From Syntrophomonadaceae bacterium (GTDB taxonomy: Bacteria; Bacillota; Syntrophomonadia; Syntrophomonadales; Syntrophomonadaceae), in NCBI GenBank assembly GCA_050949825.1, contig JBMNGL010000013.1:11038-75037 (forward strand): 64,000 nt of DNA, given 5' to 3'. The notes under the pieces were generated by a model. That model made no database searches. It was not told where the DNA came from and worked only from the letters and a program-made list of their open reading frames with translations. A program made the translations under genes and the position numbers. Below are positions 34,093 to 42,410 of the stretch, piece after piece. The stretch's first letter is position 1, and the number at the start of each line of letters is the position of its first letter.

Positions 34093-35570
34093 GTAACAGG
34101 GTATCCAAAGCTTGGCTCAAAGAGGCATCATCACAAGGATAACTGATATTTATGGTTATCACATTACCAAGAATAGAGAATGGCATATTGTAGAAAAAGA
34201 GGCGGCGGTTGTTCGTTTAATGTATCAGCTTTATGCTGCCGGGAAAAGCATTTTTGAAATTATTAAGTACTTAAATAAAAAGAAAATCCCAAGTCCTAAT
34301 GGTTATGAATTTTGGAATTACCATACGATAAAACAAATTTTAGGAAGTGAAAAATATATGGGGGGACTATAATTTTCAGAAGACCTATACTCCTAGCATA
34401 GTAGGAAGCAAGCCTAGGGTTAATCGTGGCCAGGTGCCCCAATATTATATAGAAAAGCATCATCAGCCGATTGTAGATAAAGACCTCTATAAAAAGGTGC
34501 AGGAAATTCTAAATCAAAACAAAAGGACAATTACTTGGGAGGCCAGAAAAGATGGAACCGCAGGGAGAGAATTGTACTATCAAAAGTTTTATTGCAGTGA
34601 GTGCGGGGGCTTAATCTCCAGGTATAGTAGCAGCTGCTATGATTCCAAAGAAGGAAGTACATGGAGATGTAGAAACTCAAATAAAATAGCCAGCACTACG
34701 TGTAATGTTACACGGATGATACTGGAGCAATACTTGGATTATAATTTTGTGCTTACTCTTAAGGCGATTAAAAAGAGTCATGAATTTAGAAATTTGATGA
34801 GAGATTATTTTAAATTCTTGGAACTTAAGCCAGAGGAACAAAAGCATATGAAATTCTTAGAAGAGCAAACAGACAAGCTCAATCAAGAGCTATATTAGGG
34901 CCGTGGATACCCAGGTTCAAAAAAATGGCCAAGACACAAACCAGATTAATCAAATCACAAGTGACATTGTTAACCTGCGTCAGCGGCTTCAGGTCTATTG
35001 GGATAGGATGGAAAAGCTAAAGAGAGATCGTGAGCGCTTGGAAAAGCTACTGAATTACTGTGAAAAAATGAAGCCTCTATCTTTTAAAAAATTTCACCAC
35101 ATGCGCCCTCGCATCAAGCCAGGGGATAGTATTTATTCAACTACAAATAATGCAAGGAATAGTAGCTATATTGATCCGGCAGGTGAGGATTATTTTCCGG
35201 AAGATGTGTTTAGGGAACAAGTTATTAGCGGAACAATTGACGGTGATGGCCGCATAAAATACAAGTTTGCTGAGGGTATTGAGTTTGGGGTTGATATGAT
35301 ATATGAAGAGTATAAAAAAACTTTTGAAAAGGAAAAAGCAAAGATCCAGCTTGAAGAACTTCTTAATTCCAGTGAGGTAATGGAAACGAAGGAATTCTGT
35401 AAAACTACAAAAACAACTAAAGAGATACGCGAACCCATCTAGGCATTAAATCGAATAACTCCTTTGATAAACGGATACTCAAACCACTTTGTAAAGCCGG
35501 TAAATTGAAACAGGAGCAAGGAAACACCTCTAAGTGTTATCTTTATTCTTGGGTTGAAGATGAAAATTAA
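34093..35570 (+). pseudogene. Decayed large serine recombinase (fifth copy; 5' truncated, at least 3 frameshifts)
   Basis: Begins at ...SLAQRGI, just after where the catalytic domain would end, abutting the transposon end. It is collinear with module 4 of the fused recombinase (EKYMGDYNFQKTY vs ETYRGNYVFQKFY; EKHHQPIV vs ENHHQPII). Frame breaks lie at the G-run 34360-34365, near 34890-34905 and at the C-run 35434-35436. The stop is at 35568-35570. Confidence 0.85.
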
Positions 35571-35624
35571 ATAGTCTTGATGGGATCGAATTAACAAATA
35601 ATAAGGATTAGTGCATTTGAAAAA

Positions 35625-35706
35625 GACTCAGTAAGAAAGAATCTAACTTCGGCACAGTACCGAGGGGAGAGGAAATCTTACTGAGTCTTTTTTTTTGTTC
35701 AAATAA
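35625..35706 (+). terminator. Long hairpin plus T-run (element-end terminator, copy 2)
   Basis: gactcagtaag (35625-35635) pairs perfectly with cttactgagtc (35687-35697), followed by 9 T. The inner cttcggca/taccgagg stem matches 30581-30651. Confidence 0.7.
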
Positions 35707-35808
35707 ATAAGCAATTTAGTAAGACCTATAATAATAGGAAGGAAGTCGGTCCATCACGTTGTGGTGGGCTTTTTTTATTGCGGTTTTCAAATGTACATTT
35801 ATATTTGT

Positions 35809-35830
35809 TTATCCTTCGCGAATCATGGAG
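35809..35830 (+). other. att-like junction core, copy 2 (island / comM boundary)
   Basis: ttatccttcgcgaatcatggag. comM-coding sequence follows immediately. Confidence 0.6.
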
Positions 35831-36665
35831 TTCTTCCCAGCATGACCGAAGAAGAGGCTCTGGAAACCACGAAAATTTACAGTGTAGCCGGAATGCTAAA
35901 AGGAAAGGGACATTTGATCAAGGAACGTCCGTTCCGGGCGCCTCATCACAATGCTTCCACCAAATGCCCTAATTGGAGGAGGGAACAATGCTACCCCCGG
36001 GGAAATATCCCTGGCCCATAACGGGGTATTATTTCTGGATGAAATTGTGGAGTTCAGCAAGAAAACGCTGGATGCCTTAAGGCAGCCTATGGAAGATAAA
36101 GAGGTTACCATTTCCCGGGTGAAATACAGCAACACTTATCCGGCTAGCTTCATGCTGGTAGCAGCCATGAATCCCTGTCCCTGTGGTTATTATGGAAGTG
36201 ACAAATGCCGGTGCAGCGATTATGAGGTGATCAAATACCGACAACGATTATCAGGCCCCATAATGGATCGGATGGATATTCAAAAATATGTTCAGCCGGT
36301 TAATTTTATTAATCTATCCGAGTATGCTTTTGGCAAGAGCTCCACAGAGCTTCGGGAAAGGGTTGAATTGGCCAGAGGCATTCAGAAGAAGAGGTTTGCA
36401 AAGATTGCAGGAATCAATTGCAATGCTCAGATGGGACATGCTCTGATTAAGGAATTTTGTGAGTTGGATACAGAATGCCAACGCTTGCTGCAGGGTGGCT
36501 TATGACCGATTCAAATACAGTGCCAGAACCTATTATAAATATCTGAAGGTGGCAAGAACCTTTGCTGATTTGGACGGTGCAGCAGGCATTCGCAAAAAGG
36601 ATGTGGCGTCAGCCCTGATGGCCCGGGATCTGGAGAAGGAAAAGGCGGGTATGATGGTCATTTAG
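35812..36665 (+). pseudogene. comM: comM/yifB (Mg-chelatase-like competence ATPase), 3' part only, with two frameshifts
   Basis: [23 protein letters not shown] ... [11 protein letters not shown] / [27 protein letters not shown] ... LRQPMEDKEVTISR ... / YSARTYYKYLKVARTFADLDG are ComM blocks spread over three frames. The breaks are at the A-run 35962-35964 and near 36488-36492. The N-terminal ~235 codons, including Walker A, are absent. Confidence 0.85.
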
Positions 36666-36674
36666 GAGACAGGC

Positions 36675-37811
36675 ATGGAGTATTGGATCTGGTTAAAACA
36701 AATCAGCGGTATCGGAACTATCCTGGAAAAAAGATTATTAGATCGTTTCCCATCCCCTCAAGCAATTTATGAAGCCTGTGCAGAAGAACTGCTGTCAGTG
36801 GAGGGAATAGGCCCTACCTTGGCCAAAGTCATTCGACAGCAGCGGTCTTTAGATCAAGCCAGGACCCTATTGGAAGGGACTCTGAAGCAGGATATAAACT
36901 TATTGACCTACCATGACCCCTTATATCCTGCTATGGCCCAACAATCTTCGGAAGCTCCCACCATCTTATATTATAAGGGAAAGATTAGAGAAAATAGCAC
37001 CGGCGTGGCCATTGTGGGTTCCCGCCGATGTACAGATTATGGGAAACAGGCGGCCGTGGAAGCAGCCTATTTTCTGACCAAACATGATATTCCGGTAATC
37101 AGCGGGATGGCCAAGGGCATTGATGGCTATGCCCATACTGCCTGTTTAAAAGCCGGAGGATACACCATTGCCCTTCTGGGAAATGGGGTTGATATTTGTT
37201 ATCCCAAGGAACATGATGGGTTATTGGCCGGTATCATTGAAAACGGCGCGGTTATTTCTGCATACCCGCCCGGGACCAGACCGCGTCCTGAATACTTCCC
37301 GGAGAGAAATGAACTCATCAGCAGTTGGAGCCACAAAGTGTTTGTGGTTGAGGCGGGAGAAAACGGCGGGGCATTAATTACAGCAGGGTTTGCCAGAGCC
37401 CAGGGAAAAGAAGTCCACGTTTTACCCCATGAGATACTTAATCCAAGCGGAAAAGGCAATAATCGGCTGATTGCCCAAGGTGCTCATATCTATTTGCATC
37501 CGTCACAATTGTTGCCAAACTCTGATTTAGGTTCAGCGGGTATAGCTTCAATAAATAACCACCTTCCTGCTGAAAATGAAGAAATACCTAACCTGACCAG
37601 GGTGGACCCAAGCAGTGAACATCTCCGTAAACCCGATAGACAGCTAAGCCATACCGAGCAGAAAATTCTCTCCAGTCTCTCTTCGGCTCCAAAGACCATC
37701 GAAAAAATAAGTGCAGACACCCAGATAGACCAGCTTCAGTTGATCCAGGTTCTTTCTCTGATGGAACTGGAAGGTTTGATCCGGACTTACCCAGGGGGCA
37801 GGTTTGTGTGA
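36675..37811 (+). CDS. dprA: DNA processing protein DprA (Smf)
   Basis: GVAIVGSRRCTDYGKQAA ... VISGMAKGIDGYAHTACL ... TIALLGNGVDICYPKEH ... FPERNELISSW is the DprA Rossmann-like core, with a C-terminal winged-helix-like tail. Confidence 0.9.
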   Translation: MEYWIWLKQISGIGTILEKRLLDRFPSPQAIYEACAEELLSVEGIGPTLAKVIRQQRSLDQARTLLEGTLKQDINLLTYHDPLYPAMAQQSSEAPTILYYKGKIRENSTGVAIVGSRRCTDYGKQAAVEAAYFLTKHDIPVISGMAKGIDGYAHTACLKAGGYTIALLGNGVDICYPKEHDGLLAGIIENGAVISAYPPGTRPRPEYFPERNELISSWSHKVFVVEAGENGGALITAGFARAQGKEVHVLPHEILNPSGKGNNRLIAQGAHIYLHPSQLLPNSDLGSAGIASINNHLPAENEEIPNLTRVDPSSEHLRKPDRQLSHTEQKILSSLSSAPKTIEKISADTQIDQLQLIQVLSLMELEGLIRTYPGGRFV

Positions 37812-37831
37812 GACTGGTGCCTGACAGTGCT

Positions 37832-37855
37832 GGGTGCCTGACACCAACTTATCAA
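37832..37855 (+). repeat. 23-24 nt direct repeat, copy A
   Basis: gggtgcctgacaccaacttatcaa, 21 nt after the dprA stop. A partial extra copy ctggtgcctgaca lies at 37814-37826. Confidence 0.9.
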
Positions 37856-37982
37856 CTTAAAGCCAGCCGGAAAAGCTTTTTTGAATGAGATTATGCCCGC
37901 TTACTTTAAAGTTCTCTTTAAAGATCCTGAAATAAGAGATAATATTGCTAGCATTACGATTGAAGGTTATTGTTATAGCTAG

Positions 37983-38343
37983 CCTAAACCGTCCAAAAGC
38001 TGACGGTATTGCCTGACCGAGAATTGCTGGATATAATGACCATATCTTAGGGAAAGGAAAAGACGCTTCTGTTAAATGTGCTAATGCAGCAACAACAAAA
38101 GCACCAGAAGCGTCCCCCAAAGGTATGGTAATTGTATCAAATTATGAATTAGATTTAAACCCCAATAAGGGAGTTTTTTGTTAGGAGCTTGGAGCAACTT
38201 CCCTGCCCGTGTTGTAGTGGAAAATTAAAAGTAATCGGTAGCCGCCAGAGAAAATGTATTACTGCCTCAGGGGAAAAGATAGTTTTAATCATTCGTAGGT
38301 TAAGATGCATTGAATGTAACCGTATCCACCACGGAAGCATGGC
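37983..38343 (+). mobile_element. Partial inverted second copy of the transposon right end
   Basis: Corresponds to 34086-33726 in reverse orientation. It includes the terminal repeat and the first 48 codons of the zinc-ribbon gene (38189-38332). It stops abruptly at repeat copy B. Confidence 0.85.
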
Positions 38344-38366
38344 GGTGCCTGACACCAACTTATCAA
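38344..38366 (+). repeat. 23 nt direct repeat, copy B
   Basis: ggtgcctgacaccaacttatcaa begins exactly where homology to the transposon stops. Confidence 0.9.
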
Positions 38367-38624
38367 TAAGTTCCCCTTCTCCAAAGCCTCAGCCTCCATC
38401 CCCTGCCGACCGTATTAGGTAAGCCAGATGACAAATTAATGTTACCACATACAATATAAACAGATGAAACCAGGATAAATTGGGTGTGAGATAGAAATGG
38501 AACAGAAATGGTAAGAAAAAACACCACAAAGGCCCCATTCAGAGAAGGAGCACCTCCCATATTTCTGGGTCGGTGACGGTCTTAATCAAAATATTAATTG
38601 TTAAAGGATGTAATCCATTTGCAT

Positions 38625-39689
38625 ATGAAAAGTATAAGCTCACGAGAGATCGCCATGGCCTTTACCGGCAGTATACTAGGGGCCGGTTTTGTGTCAGGGC
38701 AGGAACTTATGCAGTTCTTTGCAGTATTCGGTAGTTGCGGATTGGTAGGTATGTTTCTTGCCATCCTCTTGTTCTTCGTGCTTAGCTACTTCGTCATGAA
38801 CATTTCAAAACAAACAGGCATTACCGAGTTTGATAAAATCATTGTAAGAAGTGAAAGAACATGGCTCCGTGCAGTCTTTGGCGGGGTATTTATTTTTTTC
38901 CTGTTTGGGGTTGTCGTTATTATGATCGCGGGGGCGGGAGCACTGCTGAATCAGGTCTTCGGTATCCCCACAATCACGGGAAAGGCACTCATGGCTGTCC
39001 TCCTGGGAGTAGTAGCACTGTGGGAAGCCCGGGGGGTACTTACAGCATTTAGTATTACGGTTCCTCTCTTGATTGTAGTTGCCATGATTTCCGGAGTTTT
39101 ATCATTTTTCTGTTTTGATGGCACCGATTTGGCTGCCCGGCCCTTTTCCGAGGCCAATCCGTTGCTTGGGAACTGGCTGTTTTCTACTATTGTGTTTGTT
39201 TCCTACAATATGATGGTAATCATCTCTATACTGGTGCCGATTGCAACGGGGGTAAGAGAAGAAAAAACTATTCGTAAAGGTGTTTTTCAGGGTGCGGTTC
39301 AACTATTGATTGTATTCGCATGTATCTTGCTCCCTTTGATTTTAAATCATGCTATGCTGGCGGATGCAGAACTCCCCATGCTTACCCTTGCTGAACGAAT
39401 ACATCCTGTTTGGGGGGGAGTTTATGCAATTCTCCTGTTTTGCGGAATGTTTGGGAGTTCATTGTCTTGCCTTTTTGGAGTAACCTTCCGTATAAAGAGA
39501 ATGAAAAATGTGAAGGGAAGCGCCGTGGTTCCAATACTGGTTGTCGTAGCTTTCATGGGGAGCATTGTAGGCTTCAAAGAACTCATAGCCATTATCCTGC
39601 CTATTTGCGGCTATTTTGGGTTCTTTGCCATGATAGGTATTTGTATGCATTTTCTATCGCTGCCAAAGAAGAAGACCCCGGGTGCCTGA
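38625..39689 (+). CDS. YkvI-family membrane protein
   Basis: About 10 predicted TM helices. The N-terminal GSILGAGFVSGQELMQFF is the YkvI-type signature. ATG 38625 is preferred. Listed ORF is 38598..39689. The stop codon lies inside repeat copy C. Confidence 0.65.
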   Translation: MKSISSREIAMAFTGSILGAGFVSGQELMQFFAVFGSCGLVGMFLAILLFFVLSYFVMNISKQTGITEFDKIIVRSERTWLRAVFGGVFIFFLFGVVVIMIAGAGALLNQVFGIPTITGKALMAVLLGVVALWEARGVLTAFSITVPLLIVVAMISGVLSFFCFDGTDLAARPFSEANPLLGNWLFSTIVFVSYNMMVIISILVPIATGVREEKTIRKGVFQGAVQLLIVFACILLPLILNHAMLADAELPMLTLAERIHPVWGGVYAILLFCGMFGSSLSCLFGVTFRIKRMKNVKGSAVVPILVVVAFMGSIVGFKELIAIILPICGYFGFFAMIGICMHFLSLPKKKTPGA

Positions 39690-39703
39690 CACCAACTTAT
39701 CAA
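39680..39703 (+). repeat. 23-24 nt direct repeat, copy C
   Basis: gggtgcctgacaccaacttatcaa. Its tga (39687-39689) is the stop codon of the preceding gene. Confidence 0.9.
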
Positions 39704-39849
39704 TATATTTAAGCAATATAATTTAAAAACTTTATTAATCAAAGATCCTTCGAAACAAATTCTTAATCAAATTAAATTTAAGACTATCCGATTCATTTTC
39801 GTGTGAACTTACAGATTATTGACAAAAACTGGGCAAGGGAGGGAGAAAA

Positions 39850-40545
39850 ATGGATCAGAAGTATTCAAAGGATGCAGGATGGGCTTTCATAGTGCTATTG
39901 GGAATATATTTTTTCATTTGCGGTGGATTAGTATACTTACACAACAGGGGAATATGTGAATTTGCAGTTAACATGAACAGTATCGACAATATAATCTTTA
40001 GCCTGCCTATGGTGGCATTATATCTGCTGGTGTTTCTTGCCGGGACTGCTGGTTTCGCTCGAGGAAAATATATGTTGGAGAAACTCCCTCTGAATATGCG
40101 CCTTAAGCAGGAATTGCAGGTGCGGACTATGGACCGAGCGAACATAAAGACAAAAATCAGAGCCGGTTCTCAAGTTAAACCAGGAGACAGTTTTTCTGAT
40201 GTGTTAAACAACCTGGTAGCATCACGGCTATCAATACTTGCAGTGATTGATGAAAAAAATGAGGTAACCGGAGTACTCACCGCTAACGATTTACTACTAT
40301 ATATTCAGAAGAGATTGAAGAACAATGAGTGTAACCAACTGTTAAGTCTGCAGGATGTCAAAGTCAGCGATTTAAAGCCCAGCGAGCCCAGGTTAGTGGT
40401 GTCAAGTGAGCGGCTGCAATCGGTAATCGAGACCATGATCCAACACCAGCACACCAAACTAATTGTTACTGATCAGGGCAAATTTAGCGGAACAGTTGAT
40501 GCTCTTGATATTCTAGCTGAATTAATGGAAGAACAACCCGATTAG
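39850..40545 (+). CDS. Membrane protein with C-terminal CBS-pair-like domain
   Basis: Two N-terminal TM helices. The C-terminal ~120 aa (VASRLSILAVIDEKNEVTGVLTANDLL ... HQHTKLIVTDQGKFSGTVDALDIL) look like a CBS pair. SD agggaggga is upstream. Confidence 0.6.
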   Translation: MDQKYSKDAGWAFIVLLGIYFFICGGLVYLHNRGICEFAVNMNSIDNIIFSLPMVALYLLVFLAGTAGFARGKYMLEKLPLNMRLKQELQVRTMDRANIKTKIRAGSQVKPGDSFSDVLNNLVASRLSILAVIDEKNEVTGVLTANDLLLYIQKRLKNNECNQLLSLQDVKVSDLKPSEPRLVVSSERLQSVIETMIQHQHTKLIVTDQGKFSGTVDALDILAELMEEQPD

Positions 40546-40713
40546 TGTGACAAACGAGGACATGGAGCCAGTTGATCTCTACAAGGTCTCCAAGATCAAA
40601 CTTATCTCCCCAGGAGAGCAGGGCGACACATCAGCACCCCGGGAATTGGTGCTGCCGGAGCTCTGGAGGTTTATCGGGAAAGGGGACACCGGAGACTGGC
40701 TGCCAGTACCCTG

Positions 40714-40737
40714 GGTGCCTGACACCAACTTATCAAC
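40714..40737 (+). repeat. 23-24 nt direct repeat, copy D
   Basis: gggtgcctgacaccaacttatcaa followed by a second aacttatcc. Confidence 0.9.
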
Positions 40738-40753
40738 TTATCCGTGGTGAGTT

Positions 40754-41356
40754 TTATTTCAATAAATTATTGGCTTGGATTTCAAAATCATTAAGAGTGA
40801 CATTATCGTGAAGCACATAATTTCTGGAGTTATCTGGACTTCTCATCAAAAGACCGTTATCATAAAGATATTTTACTAAAAAATATACCAGTCTGCGAGG
40901 GGTTTTTTTATAATTTGTATTGGAACGAATTAATTCTATATTTTGTTCTAAAATCTTTGATATAGTAAAAAAGGACTCCTTTTCAAGCAGCTTTACAATA
41001 GTTTGTATTAGCTGTGAACATACCTCAAGGGGAACAATTACAGTTTGCGAGTCATAATCAATACGTATTACATGGTTTTTTTCATTATTTGCGTAGTCTG
41101 CATCTATCTGCGTATTGGTAGTATTTTTGGACTTTTTAGGGGGTAGCTGAGGCCAGTTATCCCTGAGATCCGTAAGGGTTTTCTTTCTAAGTTCTATTTC
41201 TGTTATAAGGTTTATAAGCGTATTAATATCAAAATCTGAAGCCTCTTGATTTGTTAATTCTGATTTAATCATATTGGTTAATTCTATTTGATAAGAGTTT
41301 ATTTTGTTTAGAAGATTTTCAAAAGCTTGATTGATTAAAATATCGGATGCCATCAA
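40754..41356 (-). CDS. Hypothetical protein (AT-rich orphan)
   Basis: 200 aa ORF with SD aaaggaggc upstream on the minus strand. No motif recognised. Visibly lower GC than its neighbours. Confidence 0.5.
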   Translation of the reverse strand: MMASDILINQAFENLLNKINSYQIELTNMIKSELTNQEASDFDINTLINLITEIELRKKTLTDLRDNWPQLPPKKSKNTTNTQIDADYANNEKNHVIRIDYDSQTVIVPLEVCSQLIQTIVKLLEKESFFTISKILEQNIELIRSNTNYKKTPRRLVYFLVKYLYDNGLLMRSPDNSRNYVLHDNVTLNDFEIQANNLLK

Positions 41357-41732
41357 TTAAATGCCTCCTTTCGATAAAAAAATTATAACATTTTAGGGAA
41401 AGGAATGCATCAGATTGTAAGGCCCCATCTTCGGATGAAGATAGCGAGAATTATATAGGATGTCGTTATATAATTTTGAGGTTAATGGCCAGAAGCTGAT
41501 TGGTTTAGAAATGTTGATAAAAGGATTGAGGGCGGCTTGACAACTTTGTGGAGATACCGGGGGAAATTACCGAAAAGCTTGCTGAATTTCGTTTTGAGTT
41601 TGATGACATCCGGGGGTACCTGGTAGAGGATGGCAGACAGCATTGGGAAGGAGCTCGTATATTATTTGGGGATAAATGTCAGGAATGGCGAGGGGGATGT
41701 AATTGGTGAGTCCCGGTGGGGTAGGTGTTTTC

Positions 41733-42368
41733 ATGAAATCCAGATGTAGACGTAATCTATGTATTGGGTTGCTGTTACTGGTTTTGGTAGCAGTTTTTCT
41801 ATATAATGCTGGACGGCTTCTGGTGGTAAAGGACGCTCCACAAGAGGCTGAGTTGATTGTGGTGCTCATGGGCAGTGGACCTGACCGCATGTTGGGGGCG
41901 GTGGACCTTTATAAGCAGGGTTATGCTGACCATATCCTTATGGTGGAGAACTGCCAGTCGGGTTTTGAACTATTGGAGCCTCGCGGAGTTGAGCTGCCCC
42001 GGGATGCGGAAGTGGCAGCTATGGCGGCAGTGCAGTTGGGGGTGCCGGAGGAGGCATTGGTTATACTGCCGGGGGATGCCTGCAGCACTCAGGATGAGGC
42101 TTTAATAGTGGCGCAATATGTGCAGGAGAATGCTCAGATAAAAACGGTGCTGCTGGTGACTTCAAGCTATCATTCTCTGCGCTCGGCACAGATTTTCCGC
42201 TGGGCCCTGGGGAGGAGCGGAACGGGCAGCAGGGTGCTGTCCTGCCCCACACCATATGATAATTTTGAAGCCGAGAAATGGTGGCGTTCACGGGAGCATG
42301 CCAAGAGTGTAATGCTGGAATATGCGAAATTGATAAATTTCTATTTAGTAGACAGATGGAGGGGATAA
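41733..42368 (+). CDS. DUF218 (YdcF/ElyC/SanA-like) protein
   Basis: N-terminal TM helix. ELIVVLMGSGPDRMLGAVDLYKQGYADHILMV ... STQDEA ... LLVTSSYHSLRS is the DUF218 pattern. ATG 41733 is preferred. Listed ORF is 41703..42368. Confidence 0.75.
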   Translation: MKSRCRRNLCIGLLLLVLVAVFLYNAGRLLVVKDAPQEAELIVVLMGSGPDRMLGAVDLYKQGYADHILMVENCQSGFELLEPRGVELPRDAEVAAMAAVQLGVPEEALVILPGDACSTQDEALIVAQYVQENAQIKTVLLVTSSYHSLRSAQIFRWALGRSGTGSRVLSCPTPYDNFEAEKWWRSREHAKSVMLEYAKLINFYLVDRWRG

Positions 42369-42393
42369 GTCCGGGGACTGTCCCCGAACATAT
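42365..42393. repeat. ~30 nt palindromic intergenic element, copy E
   Basis: ataagtccggggactgtccccgaacatat. The arms ataagtccggggac and gtccccgaacatat are near-complementary. Confidence 0.85.
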
Positions 42394-42410
42394 TCAGGGG
42401 GAGGGATACG

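Noticed and set aside
33952-34146. ORF MGDASGA... and its near-twin 37857..38120 (-)
   Set aside because: Their similarity comes from the duplicated transposon end, which is non-coding terminal sequence. Neither has an SD or motif. The part of 37857..37982 outside the repeat may be a fragment of an unrelated truncated gene.
18350-36665. Treating every frame break as genuine gene decay
   Set aside because: Not fully accepted. All breaks (about 19640, 34360, 34895, 35434, 35962, 36490) lie at or near homopolymer runs, which is also the signature of sequencing error. Against pervasive error, long ORFs elsewhere (725, 755, 1,239 and 1,269 codons) are intact. Read-level checks are needed.
40547-40750. 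ORF 40547..40750 (and 40572..40811) reading through repeat copy D
   Set aside because: No SD is present. The sequence is partly repeat-encoded (WVPDTNLS is also produced by the other repeat copies). It is most likely non-coding.
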